Shown here piece by piece: positions 12,828-27,300 of a stretch of DNA of 64,000 bases. The translations under genes and the position numbers were made by a program. The DNA comes from the human T2T-CHM13v2.0 reference genome, Homo sapiens. The notes beneath the pieces are model-generated. The model did no database searches. It saw nothing but the letters and a program-made list of their open reading frames with translations, and had not been told where the DNA came from. Every line of letters begins with the position of its first letter. Positions within the stretch are counted from its first letter, which is position 1. The stretch lies in the NCBI RefSeq assembly GCF_009914755.1, contig NC_060930.1. One strand, written 5' to 3'.

Positions 12828-15531
12828 TTTCTTCATGTAAAACTAGACAGAAGAGTTCTCAGAAACTTGTTTGAGATGTGTGCATTGACCTCACAGTGTT
12901 GAACCTTCCTTTCGATAGAGCAGTTTTGATACACTCTTTTCATAGAATTTCCAAGTGGATCTTTAGAGCACTATGAGGCATATGGTAGAAAAGAAAATAT
13001 CTTCATAGAAAAATTGGACAGAATCATTCTCAGAAACTACTATGTGATGTGTGCTTTAACTCACAGAGTTTGCCATTTATTTTGATAGAGCAGTTTTGAA
13101 ACACTCTTTTTGTACAATTTGCAAGTGTATATTTAGAGTGCTTGGGTGCCTATGGTAGAAAATGGAATATCTTCACATAAAAACTAGACAGAAGCATTCT
13201 CAGAAACTACTTTGTGATGTTTGCATTCAACTCACAGAGTTGAATATTCCTCTGGATAGAGCAGTTTTGAAACACTTTTTTGTAGATTCTGCAAGTGGAT
13301 ATTTGGACCTCTTTGAGGACTTCGTTTGTTACGGGAGTTTCTTCACATAAAAACTAGACAGAAGATTTCTCAGAAACATTTGTGATGTGTGCATTGAACT
13401 CTCAGAGTTCAACCTTCCCTTTGATAGAGCAGTTTTGAAACACTCTTTTTATAGGATTTCCAAGTGCATATTTAGAGTGCTATTCAAAGCCTATGGTAGA
13501 AAAGGAAATATCTTCATATAATAACTACACAGAATCATACTCAGAAGCTATTTTGTGATGTGTGCATTCAACTCACAGAGTTTAACCTTTCTTTTGATAG
13601 AGCAGTTTTCAAACACTCTGTGTGTTACCTCTGCATGTGGATATTTGGAGCCCTTTGAGGCCTTCTTTGGAAACGGGAATATCTTCACATAAAAAGTAGA
13701 CAGAAGTATACTCAGAAACTTCTTTGTGATGTCTGCACTCAACTCACAGAGTTGAACCTTTCTTTTGATAGAGCAGCTTTGAAACATTCTTTTTGTAGAA
13801 GTTGCAAGTAGATATTTAGATCGCTTTGAGGCCTATGGTAGAAAAGGAAACCTATTCTCATAAAAACTAGACAGAAACATTCTCAGAAACCACTTTGTGA
13901 TGTTTGCATTCAACTCACAGAGTTGAACATTCTCCTTGATAGCATACTTTTGAAATACTCTTTTTGTACAATCTGTATTTGGATATTTGGACCTCTTTGA
14001 GTCATTCGTTGAAAATGGGATTTCTTCATATAAAACTAGAAAGAAAAATTTGCAGAAACTTCTGTGTGAAGTGAGCATTCATGTCACAGATTTGAACCTT
14101 CTTTTCCACAGAGCAGTTTTGAAACACTCTTTTTGTAGAATTTCCAAGTGGATATTTAGAGCGTTTTGAGGCCTATTGTGGAAAAGGAAATCCTTCATAG
14201 AAAAACTACACAGAATCCTTCTCAGAAACTACTTTTTGATGTGTGGGTTCAACTCACAGTGTTTAACCTTTCTTTTGATAGAGTAGTTTTGAAACAGTCT
14301 TTTATAGAATTTGCAGGTGTATATTTAGAGTGCTTTGAGGCCAACAGTAGAAACGGAATTATCTTCCTATAAAAACTAGACGGAAGCATTCTCAGAAACT
14401 ACTTGTGAAGTTTGCATTCAACTCACAGAGTTGAACATTTCTCTTGATAGAGCAGTTTTGAAACCCTCTTTTTGTAGAATCTGCAAGTGTATATTTGGAC
14501 CTCTTTGAGGCTTTCGTTGGAAAGGGGATTTCTTCATATAAAGCTAGACAGAAGAATTCACAGAAACTTCTTTGAGAAGTGTGAATTCATCTCACAGAGT
14601 TGAACATTCCTTTCGATGAAGCAGTTTTGAAACATTCTTTTTGTAGAATTTACAAGTGGATATTTAAAGCGTTTTGAGGGCTATGGTAGAAGAGGAAATA
14701 TCTTCATAGAAAAACTAGACAGAATCATTCTCAGAATCTACTTTTTCTTGTGTGCGTTCAACTCAAAGATTTTAACATTTCAGTTCATAGAGCAGTTTTG
14801 AAACACTCTTTTTGTACAATTTGCAAGTGTATATTAAGAGTGCTTTGAGGCCTATGGTAGAAAAGGAAATATCTTCACAGAAAAACTGGACAGAAACATT
14901 CTCAGAAACTATTTTGTGATGTTTGCATTCACCTCACAGAGTTGAACATTCCTCTTGATAGAGCAGTATTGAAACACAATTTTTGAAGAATCTGCAAGTG
15001 AATATTTGGACCGCTTTGAGGCCTTAGTTGGAAACGGGATTTCTTCATATAAACAAGACAAAAGAATTCTCAGATACTACTTTGTGATGTGTTCATTTAA
15101 CTGACAGGGTTTAAACTTTCCATTGATAGAGCAGTTTTGAAACACTCTTTTTGTACGATTTGCAAGTGTATATTAAGAGTGCTTTGAAGCCCATGGTAGA
15201 AAACGAAATATCTTCGCATAAAAACTAGACAGAAACATTCTCAGAAACTACTTTGTGATGTCTGCATTCAACTCACAGAGTTTAACCTTTCATTTGATAG
15301 AGCAGTTTTGAAAAACTCTTTTTGTACTATTTGCATGTGTATATTTAGAGTGCTTTGAGGCCTGTGTTTGAAAGGGAATATCTTCACATAAAAACTAGAC
15401 AGAAACATTCTCAGAAACTGCTTTGTGATGTTTGCATTCAACCCACAGAGTTGAACATTCCACTTGATAGAGCAGTTTTGAAACACTCTTTTGGAAGTGT
15501 CTGCAACTGGATATTTGGGCATCTTTGAGGC

Positions 15532-15548
15532 CTTCGTTGGAAACGGGA
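15532..15548 (+). promoter_or_regulatory. Canonical CENP-B box
   Basis: CTTCGTTGGAAACGGGA, exact 17-mer. Confidence 0.9.
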
Positions 15549-18500
15549 TTTCTTCATACAAAACTAGAGAGAAGAATTCTCAGAAACTTGTTTGTGATGT
15601 GTGCATTGAACTCACAGAGTTGAACCTTCCTTTCAATAGAGCAGTTTTGAAACACTCTTTTTGTAGAATTTCCACGTGGATATTTAGAACGTTTTGAGGC
15701 CTATTGCAGAAAAGGAAATACCTTCATAGAAAAACTGGACACAATCATTCTCAGAAACTACTTTGTGATGAGTGTGTTCAACTCACAGAGTTTTACCTTT
15801 CTTTTGATAGAGTAGTTTTGAAACAGTCTTTTTGTAGAATATGCAAGTGTATATTTAGAGTGCTTTGAGGCCAACGGTAGAAACGGAATTATCTTCATAT
15901 AAAAACTAGACGGAAGCATTCTCAGAAACTACTTGTGATGTTTGTATTCAACTCACAGAGTTGAATATTTCTCTTGATAGAGCAGTTTTGAAACACTCTA
16001 TTTGTAGAATCTGCAACTGGATATTTGGAGCTCTTTGAGGCCATCGTTGGTAACGGGATTTATTCATATAAAAAAGACAGAAGAATTCAAAGAAACTACT
16101 TTGTGATTTGGGCGTTCACCTTCCAGAGTTTTAAATTTCTGTTGATAGAGCAGCTTTGAAACACTCTTTTTCTGGAATGTGCAAGCATATATTTAGTGCA
16201 CTTTGAAGCCTATGGTAAAAAAGGGAATATCTTCACATAAAAACCAGAAGGAAGCATTCTCAGAAACTACTTTGTGATGTTTGCATACAACCCACAGAGT
16301 TGAACCTTCCTCTTGATAGAGCAGTTTTGAAAAACTCTTTTTGTAGAATCTGCAAGTGGAGATTTGGACCTCTTTGAGGCCTTTGTTGGAAATGGGAATT
16401 CTTCATATAAACAAGACGGAAGAATTCTGAGAAACTACTTGTGATGTGTGCGTTCAACTCACAGAGTTTAACCTTCGTTTCCATAGAGCAGTTTGGAAAT
16501 ACTCTTTTTGTAGAATTTGCAAGTGTATATTTAAAGTGCTTTGAGGCCTATGGTAGAAAAGGAAATATCTTCACATAAAAACTAGACAGAAGCATTCTCA
16601 GAAACTAGTTTGTGATGTTTGCATTCAATTCACAGAAATGAACATTCCTCTTGATAGGGTAGTTTTGAAAAAACTCTTTTTGTAGTATCTGCATGTGGAT
16701 ATTTGGACTTCTTTGAGCCTTTCGATGGAAATGGGATTTCTTCATATAAAACTTGTCAGAAGAATTCGCAGAAACTTCTTTGTGAAGTGTGCATTCAACT
16801 CACAGAGTTGAACCTTCCTTTCGATAGAGCAGTTTTGAAACACTCTTTTTGTAGTATTTCCAAGTGGATATTTAGAGCGTTTTGAGGCCTATGGTAGAAA
16901 AAGAAATATCTTCATAGAAAAACTAGACAGAATCATTCTCAGAAACTACTTTTTGATGTGTGGTTTCAACCCACAATGTTTAACCTTTCTTTTGATAGAG
17001 TAGTTTTGAAACAGTCCTTTTGTAGAATTTGCAAGCGTATATTTAGATTGCTTTGAGGCCAACGGTAGAAATGGAAATGTCTGCATATTAAAACTAGACG
17101 GAAGCATTCTCAGAAACTACTTGTGATATTTGCATTCAACTTACGGAGTTGAACATTTCTCTTGATAGAGCAGTTTTGAAACACTCTTTTTGGAGAATCT
17201 GCAAGTGGATATTTGGACCTCTTTGAGGCCATCTTTGGTAACGGGATTTCTTCTTATAAAAAAGACAGAAGAATTCAAAGAAACTACTTTGTGTTTTGTG
17301 CGTTCAACTCACAGAGTTTAAACTTTATGTTGAGAGAGCAACTTTGAAACACTCTTTTTTTGAAATTTGCAAGTGTATATGTAGTGCGCTTTGAGGCCTA
17401 TGGTAAACAAGGAAATATCTTCTCATAAAAACTAGATGGAAGCATTCTTAGAAACTACTTTGTGATGTTTTTATTCAACTCACGGAGATGAACATTATTC
17501 TTGATAGAGAAGTTTTGAAACACTGTTTTTGTGGAATCTGCAAGTGGACATTTGGACCTCTTTGAGGCCTTCGTTGGAAAAGGGAATTCTTCATATAAGC
17601 AAGACAGAAGAATTCTCAGAAACTACTTTGTGATGTGTGCATTCAACTCACAGAGTTTTACCTACCTTTCGATAGAGCAGTTTTGAAACACTCTTTTTGT
17701 AGAATTTCCAAGTGGATAATTAGAGCGTTTTGAGGACTATGGTAGAAAAAGCAATATCTTCATAGAAAAATTAGACAGAATCATTCTCAGAAACTACTTT
17801 TTGATGTGTGGTTTCAACTCACAATGTTTAACCTTTCTTTTAATAGAGTAGTTTTGAAACAATTTTTGTAGAATTTGCAAGTGTATATATAGGGTGCTTT
17901 GAGGCCAATGGTAGAAAAGGAAATATCTTCACATAAAAACTAGACAGAAGCATTCTGACAAACTACATTGTGATGTTTGCATTCAACTCACAGAGTTGAA
18001 CATTCCTCTTGATAGAGCAGTTTTGAAACACTCTTTTGGAAGTGTCTGCAAGTGGATATTTGTGCATCTTTGTGGCCTTCGTTGGAAACAGAATTTCTTC
18101 ATACAAAACTAGAGAGAAGAATTCTTAGAAATTTCTTTGTGTTGTGTGCATTGAACTCACAGAGTTGAACCTTCCTTTCTATACAGCAGTTTTGAGTCAC
18201 TCTTTTTGTAGAATTTCCAAGTGGATATTTAGAGCAATTTGAGGCCTATTGTGGAAAAGGAAATACCTTCATAGAAAAACTACACAGAATCATTCTCAGA
18301 AATTACTTTTTGATGTGTGGGTTCAAATCAGAATATTTAATGTTTTTTTGATAGAGTAGTTTTGAAACAGTCTTTCTGTAGAATTTGCAGGTGTATATTT
18401 AGAGTGCTTTGAGGCCAACGGCAGAAACAGAATTATGTTCATATGAAAACTAGACGGAAGCATTCTCAGAAACTACTTGTGATATTTGCATTCAACTCAC

Positions 18501-21500
18501 AGAGTTGAACATTTCTCTTGATAGAGCAGTTTTGAAACACTCTTTTTGTAGAATCTGCAAGTGGATATTTGGACCTCTTTGAAGCCATCGTTGGAAACGG
18601 GATTTCTTCATATAAAAAAGACAGAAGAATTCAAAGAAACTACTTTGTGATTTGTGTGTTCACCTCACAGACTTTAAACTTTCTGTTGATACAGCAGCTT
18701 TGAAACACCCTTTTTCTGGAATTTGCCAGTGTATATTTAGTGTGCTTTGAGGCATATGGTAAAAAAGGAAATATCTTCACATAAAAACTAGATGGAAGCA
18801 TTCTCAGAAACTACATTGTGATGTTTGCATTCAACACACACAGGTAAACATTTCTCTTGATAGAGCAGTTTTGAAACACACTTTTTTTAGAATCTGTAAG
18901 TGGATATTTGGACCTCTTTGAGGCCTTCTATGGAAACATGATTTCTTCATACAAAAATAGAGAGAAGAATTCTCAGAAATTTCTATGTGATGTGTGCATT
19001 GAACTCAAAGATTTGAACCTTCCTTTCAATAGAGCATTTTTTAAAAACTCTTTTTGTAGAATTTCCAAGTGGATATTTAGCGCCGTTTGTGGCCTATGGT
19101 AGAAAAGGCAATATCTTCATATGAAATCTAGACAGAATGATTCTCAGAAACTACTTTATGATGTGTGCGTTCAATTCACGGAGTTGAACATTCCTTTCGA
19201 TAGAGCAGTTTTGAAACACTCTTTTTGTAGAATCTGCAAGTGGATATATGGACCTCTTTGTGGCCTTCATTTAAAACGTGATTTCTTCATATAAAACTAG
19301 ACAGAAGAATTCTCAGAAACTACTTTGTGATCTGTGCTTTCAAATCACAGAGTTGAACCTTCCTTTCATTAGAGCAGTTTGGAAACACTCTTTTTGTGGA
19401 ATTTGCAAGTGTATATTTAGAGCGCTTTGAGGCCTATGGTAGAAAAGGAAATATCTTCACATAAAAACTAGAGAGAAGCATTGTCAGAAACTACTTTGTG
19501 ATATTTGCATTCAACTCACAGAGTTGAACATTCCCCTTGATAGAGCAGTTTTGAAACACTCTTTTTGTGGACTCTGCAAGTGGATATTTGAACCTTCTTG
19601 TGGCCTTCGTTTGAACCGTGATTTCTTCATATAAAACTAGACAGAAGAATTCTCAGAAACTTCTTTGTGATGTGTGCTTTCAACTCCAAGAGTTGAACCT
19701 TCCTTTCAATAGAGCAGTTTTGAAACTCTCTTTTTGTAGAATTTCCAAGTGAATATTTACCGCCATTTGAGGCCTATGGTAGAAAAGGCAATATCGTCAT
19801 AGAAAAACTAGACAGAATGATTCTCAGAAACTACTTTGTGATGTGTGCGTTCAACTCACAGAGTTTAACCTTTCTTTTGATAGAGCAGTTTTGAAACACT
19901 ATTTTGTAGATACTGCAAGTGAATATTTGGACTTTTATGAGACCTTCATTGGAAACGGGATTTCTTCATATGAAACTACAGAAGAATTCTCAGAAACTTC
20001 TTTGATGTGTGCATTCAACTCACAGAGTTGAAACTTCCTTTCGATAGAGCATTTTCAAAATACTCTTTTTGTAGAATTTCCAAGTGGATATTTAGAACGG
20101 TTCAAGGCCTAGGGTAGAAAAGGAAATATCTTCATAAAAAAACTAGACAGAATCATTCTCAGAAACTGCTTTGTAATATTTGCATTCAACTCACAGAGGT
20201 GAACATGTCTCTTGATAGAGCAGTTTTGAAAAACGATTTTGGAATATCTGCAAGTGGATATTTGAACCTCTTTGTGGCCTCCGTTTGAAAAGTGATTTCT
20301 TCATATAAAACTAGACAAAAGGATTCTCAGAAACTTCTTTGTGATGTGTGCTTTCAACTCGCAGAGTTGAACGTTCCTTTCGATAGAGAAGTTTTCAAAC
20401 TCTCTTTTTGTTGGATTTCCAAGTGGATATTTAACGTCGTTTGGGGCCTATGGTAGAAAGACAATACCTTCATAGAAAAACTAGACAGAATGAATCTCAG
20501 AATCTACTTTGTGATGTGTGCGTTCAACTCAGAGTTTAACCTTTCTTTTAGTTGAGCAGTTTTGAAACACTCTTTTTGTGGGATTTGTAAGTGTATATTT
20601 AGAGCGCTTTGAGGCCTATGGTAGAAAAGGAAATATCTTCACATAAAAACTAGACAGAAGCATTTTCAGAAACTACTTCGTGATATTTGCATTCAACTCA
20701 CAGAGTTGAACATTCCTCTTGATAGAGCAGTTTTGAAACAACCTTTTTGTAGAATCTGCAAGTGGATATTTGGACCTCTTTGTGGCTTTCATTTGAAAAG
20801 TGGTTTCTTCGTATAAAACTAGACAGAAGAATTCTCAGAAACTTTTTGTGATGTGTGCTTTCAACTCACAGAGTTGAACCTTGCTTTCCATAGAGCGGTT
20901 TTGAAATACTCTTTTTGTAGAATTTCCAAGTGGATATTTAGTGCCGTTTGATGCCTATGGTAGAAAAGGCAATATCTTCATAGATAAACTAGACAGAATT
21001 ATTCTCAGAAACTGCTTTGTGATGTGCATGTTGAACTCACAGAATTCAAACTTTCTTTTGATAGAGCAGTATTGAAAAAGTATTTGTGTAGAATCTTAAA
21101 ATGAATATTTGGATTTTTAAGGCCTTCGTTGGAAATGGCGTATCTTCATATAAAACTTGACAGAAGAATTCACAGAAACTACCTTGTGATGTGTGCATTC
21201 AACTCACAGAGTTGTACCTTCCTTTTGATAGAGCAGTTTTGAAAAATTCTTTTTGTAGAATTTCCCAGTGGATATTTAGAGGGTTTTGAGGCCTATGGTG
21301 GAAAAGGAAATATCTTAATAGAAAAACTAGACAGAATCATTCTCAGAAACTACACTGTGATGTGTGCATTTAGCTTACAGAGTTTAACCTTTCTTTTGGA
21401 AGAGCAGTTTTGAAACCCTCTTTCTGTGGAATTTGCAAGTGTATATTTTGAGCGCTTGAAGGCCTACAGTAGAAAAGGAAATATCTTCACATAAAAAATA

Positions 21501-23272
21501 GACAGAAGCATTTTCAGAAACTACATTGTCATATTTGCATACCCCTCACAGAGTTGAATATTGCTCTTGATAGAGCAGTTTTGAAACACTCTTTTTGTAG
21601 AATCTGGAAGTTTATATTTGGACCTCTTTGTGGAATTCGTTTGAATCGTGATTTCTTCATATAAAACTAGACAGAAGAATTCTCAGAAACTTCTTTGTAA
21701 TGTATGCTTTAAACTCACAGAGTTGAATCTTCCTTTTAATAGAGCAGTTTTAAACTCTCTTTTTGTTGAATTTCCAATAGGATATTTAGCGCAGTTTGAA
21801 TCCTATCGTAGAAAAGGCAATATCTTCATAGAAAAAATATACATATAATTCTCAGAAAATACTTTGTGATGAGTACGTTCAACTCACAGAGTTTAACCTT
21901 TCTTTAGATAGAGCAGTTTTGAAATGCTCTTTTTGTAGAACATGCAAGTGAATATTTGGACTTTTTTGAGGCCTTCATTGGAAACGAGATTTCTTCATAT
22001 AAAACTTGACAGAAGAATTCTCACAAACTTCTTTGTGATGTGTGCATTCAACTCACAGAGTTGAACCTTCCTTTCGATAGAGCAGTTTTGAAATACTCTG
22101 TTTGTAGAATTTCCAAGTGGATATTTAGAGCCGTTAGAGGCCTATGGTAGAAAAGGAAATATCTTCATAGAAAAACTAGACAGAAGAATTCTCAGAAACT
22201 ACTTTGTGATGTGTGCATTCAGCTTACAGAGTTTAACCTTTCTTTAGATAGAGCAGTTTTGAAACCCTCTCTTTGTGGAATTTGCAAGAGTATATTTAGA
22301 GTGCTTTGAGGCCTATGGTTTAAAAGGAAATATCTTCACATAAAAACTAGACTGAAGCATTGTCAGTAACTACTCTGTGATATTTGCATTTATCTCACAG
22401 ATTTGAACATTCCTCTTTATAGAGCAGTTTCGAAACTATCTTTTTGTAGAATCTACAAGTGGATGTTTGGACCTCGTTGGGGTCTTCTTTTGAAACGTGA
22501 TTTCTTCATATAAAACTAGACAGAAGAATTCTCAGAAACTTCTTTGTGATGTGTGGTATCAACTCACAGAGTTGAACCTTCCTTTCGATAAAGCAGTTTT
22601 GAAACTCTCTTTTTGTAGAATTTCCAAGTGTATATTTATCGCCGTTTGAGGCCTATGGTAGAAAAGGCAATATCTTCATAGGAAAACTAGACAGAATGGT
22701 TCTCAGAAACTACTTTGTGATGTGTGCGTTGAACTCACAGAGTTTAACCTTTCTTTTGATAGAGCAGTTTTGAAACACACTTTTTGTCGAATTTGCAAGT
22801 GTATATATAGAGTGCTTTGAGGCCTACGGTAGAAAAAGTAATATCTTCATAGAAAAACTAGACAGAATCATTCTCAGAAACCACTTTGTGATGTGTGCAT
22901 TCAGCTTACAGAGTTTAACATTTGTTTTGATGGAGCAGTTTTGAAACACTGTTTTTGTGGAATTTGCATGTGTATATTTAGAGCACGTTGAGTCCTATGG
23001 TAGAAAAGGAAATATCCTCACATAAAAACTAGACAGAAGAATTGTCAGAAACTGCTTTGTGATATTTGCATTCAAAACACAGAGCTGAACATTCCTCTTG
23101 ATAGAGCAGTTTTGAGACACGCTTTTTGTAGAATCTGCAAGAAGATAGTTGGACCTCTTTGAGGCCTTCATTGGAAACGTGATTTCTTCATATAAAATTG
23201 ACTGAAGAATTCTCAGAAACTTTTTTGTGATGTGTGCATTCAACTCACAGAGTTGAACCTTCCTTTCCATAG

Positions 23273-23687
<415 letters not shown>

Positions 23688-24375
23688 TGAGGCCTATGGT
23701 AGAAAAGGAAATATCTTCATATAAAAAGTAGACAGAAGCATTCTCAGAAACCACTTTGTGATGTTGGCATTCAACTCACAGAGTTCAACCTTCCCTTTGA
23801 TAGAGTGGTTTTGAAACACTCTTTTTCTTGAATCTGCAAGTGGATATTTGGACATCTTTGAGGACTTCTTTTGCTACGGGAATTTCTTCACATAAAAACT
23901 AGACAGAAGAATTCTCAGAAATATTTGTGATGTGTGCATTCAACTCTCAGGGTTCAACCTACCTTTTGATAGAGCAGTTTTGAAACAACCTTTTTGTAGG
24001 ATTTCCAATTGCATATTTAGTGCGCTTTCAAACCCTACAATAGAAAAGGAAATATCTTCATATAAAAACTACACAGAATCATTCTCAGAAGCTTCATTGT
24101 TATGTGTGCGTTCAACTCACAGAGTTTAACCTTTCTTTTGATAGAGCAGTTTTGAAACACTCTTTTTGTAGAATTTGCAAGTGTATATTTAGAGCGCTTT
24201 GAGGCCAATGGTAGAAAAGAAAATATCTTCGTATAAAAACTAGAGGGAAGCATTCTCAGAAACTACTTTGTGATGTTTACCTTGAATTCACAGAGTTGAA
24301 CATTCCTCTAGATAGAGCTGTTTTGAAACACCCTTTTTGTAGAATCTGCAAGTGGATATTTGGACCTTTTGAGGC

Positions 24376-24392
24376 CTTCGTTGGAAACGGGA
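24376..24392 (+). promoter_or_regulatory. Canonical CENP-B box
   Basis: CTTCGTTGGAAACGGGA, exact 17-mer. Confidence 0.9.
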
Positions 24393-27300
24393 TTTATTCA
24401 CATAAAGAAGACAGAATAATTATCAGAAACTACTTTGTGATGTGTGCGTTCGACTCACAGAGTTTAAATTTTCTCTTGATAAAGCAGCTTTGAAACACAC
24501 TTTTTCTGGAAATTGCAAGTGTACATTTAGAGCGCTATGAGGCCTATGGTAAAAAAGGAAATCTCTTCTCCTAAATACTAGAAAGAAGTATTTTCAGAAT
24601 CTAATATGTGACGTTTTTATTCAACTCACAGAGATGAACATTCCTCTTGATAGAGCAGTTTTGAAACACTCTTTTTGTAGAATCTGCAAGTGGATATTTG
24701 GCCCTCTTTAAAGCCTTCGTTGTAAACGGGAATTCTTCATATAAACAAGACAGAAGAATTCTCGGAAACTACTTTGTGATGCGTGTGTTCAACTCACAGA
24801 GTTTAACCTTTCTTTTGATAGAGCAGTTTTGAAACACTCTTTTTGTAGAATTTGCAAGTATATATTTAGAGCACTTTGAGTCCTATGGTAGAAAAGGAAA
24901 TATATTCACATAAAAACTAGACAAAAGCATGCTCAGAAACTACTTCATGATGTATGCATTCACTCACAGAATTGAACATTACTCTTGATATTGTAGTTAT
25001 GAAACACTCTTTTTGTAGAATCTGCAAGTGGATATTTGACCTCTTTGAGGTTTTTGTTGGAAATGGGATTTCTTCATATAAAACTAGACAGAAGAATTCG
25101 CAGAAACTTCTTTGTGAAGTGTGCATTCATCTCACAGAGTTGAACCTTCCTTTTGATAGAGTGGTTATGAAACACTCTTTTTGTAGAATTACCTAGTGGA
25201 TAATTAGAGCTTTTTGAGGCCTATTGTAGAAAAGGTAATATCTTCATAGAAAAACTAGAGAGAATCATTCTCAGAAACTACTTTTCGATGTGTGCTTTCA
25301 ACTCACCGAGTTTAAACTTTCTTTTGATAGAGCAGTTTTGAAACAATCTTTTTGTAGAATTTGCTAGTGTATATTTAGAGTACTTTGCGGCCAATGGTAG
25401 AAAAGGAAGTATCTTCATATAAAAACTAGATGGAGGCACTCTCAGAAACTACGTTGTGATGTTTGCATTCAACTCAGAGTTTAACATTTCTCCTGATAGA
25501 ACAGTTTAGAAACACTCCTTTTGTAGAATCTGTAAGTGGATATTTGGACCTCTTGCAGGCCTTCGTTGTAAACGGGATTTCTTCATATAAAACTAGAAAG
25601 AAGAATTCTCAGAAAATTCTTTGTAATATGTGCATTGAACTCACTGACTTGAACATTCCTTTCGATAGAGCAGTTTTGAAACACTCTTTTTGTAGTATTT
25701 CCCAGCGTACACTTAGAGCGTTTGGAGGCCTATGGTAGAAAAGGAAATATCTTAATAGAAAAACTAGGCAGAATGATTCTCAGAAAGTAATTTGTGATGT
25801 GTGCTTTAAACTCGCAGAGGTTAACCTTTCTTTTGATAGAGCAGTTTTGAAACACTCTTTTTGCGGAATTTGCAAGTGTATATTTAGAGCGCTTGAGGCC
25901 TACATTAGAAAAGGAAATATCTTCACATAAAAAATAGACAGAAGCATTGTCAGAAACTACTTTGTGATATTTGCATTCAACTCACAGAGTTGAACATTCC
26001 TCTTGGTAGAGCAGTTTTGAAACCCTCTTTTTGTAGAATCTGCAAGTGGATATTAGGCCTCTTTGTGGCCTTCTTTTGAAACGTGACTTCTTCATATAAA
26101 CAAGACAGAAGAATTCTCAGAAACTTCTTTGTGATGTGTGCATTCAACTCAGAGAGTTGAACCTTCTTTTCAATAGACCAGTTTTGAAACACTATTTTTG
26201 TAGAATTTGAAAGTGTGTATTTAGAGAGCTTTGAGGCCTATGGTAAAAGAGTAAATATCTTCACATAAAAACTAGGTGGAAGGTTTCTCAGAAACTACTT
26301 TGTGATGTTTGCATTCAACTCACAGAGTTGAACATTCTTCTTGATAGAGCAGTTTTGAAACCCTCTTTTTGTAGAATCTGCAAGTGTATATTCGGACCTC
26401 TTTGTGGCCTTCGTTTGAAACGTGATTTCTTCATATAAACAAGACAGAAGAATTCTCAGAAACTACTTTGAGATGTGTGCATTCATCTCACAGAGTTGCA
26501 CCTTCCTTTTGATAGAGCAGTTTAGAAACACTCTTTTTGTAGAATTTCCAAGTGGATATTTACAGCGCTTTTCAAAGCCTACGGTAGAAAAGGAAATATC
26601 TTCATATATAAACTACACAGAATCATTCTCAGAAGCTACATTATGATGTGTGCTTTCAACTCACAGAGTTTAACTTTTCTTTTGATAGAGCAGTTTTGAA
26701 ACACTCTTTTTGTAGAATTTGTAAGTGTATATTTAGAGAGCTTTGAGGACAACAGTAGAAAAGAAAATATCTTCATATAAAAACTAGACGGAAGCATTCT
26801 CAGAAACTACTTTGTGATATTTGAACTCAACTCACAGAGTTGAACATTCCTCTTGATAGAGCAGTTTTGAAACACTCTTTTTGTAGGATTTTGTAGTGAA
26901 TATTTAGAGCGGTTGGAGGCCTACGGTAGAAAAGGAAATATCTTCATAGAAAAACTAGAAAGAATCATTCGCAGAAACTACTTTTTGATGTGTGCGTTCA
27001 ACTCTTAGAGTTTAACCTTTCTTTTGATAGAGCAGTTTTGAGATGCTCTTTTTGTAGAATTTGCAAGTGTGTATTTAGAGAGCTTTGAGGCCTATGGTAA
27101 AAAAGGAAATATCTTCACATAAAAACTAGATGGAAGCATTCTCAGAAACTACTTTTTGATGTTTGCATTCAACTCACAGAGTTGAACATTCCTCTTGATA
27201 GAGCACTTTTGAAACACTCGTTTAGTAGAATCTGCAAGTGGATACATTTACCTCTTTGAGACCTTCGTTGGAAATGGGAATTCTTCATAGAAACAAGACA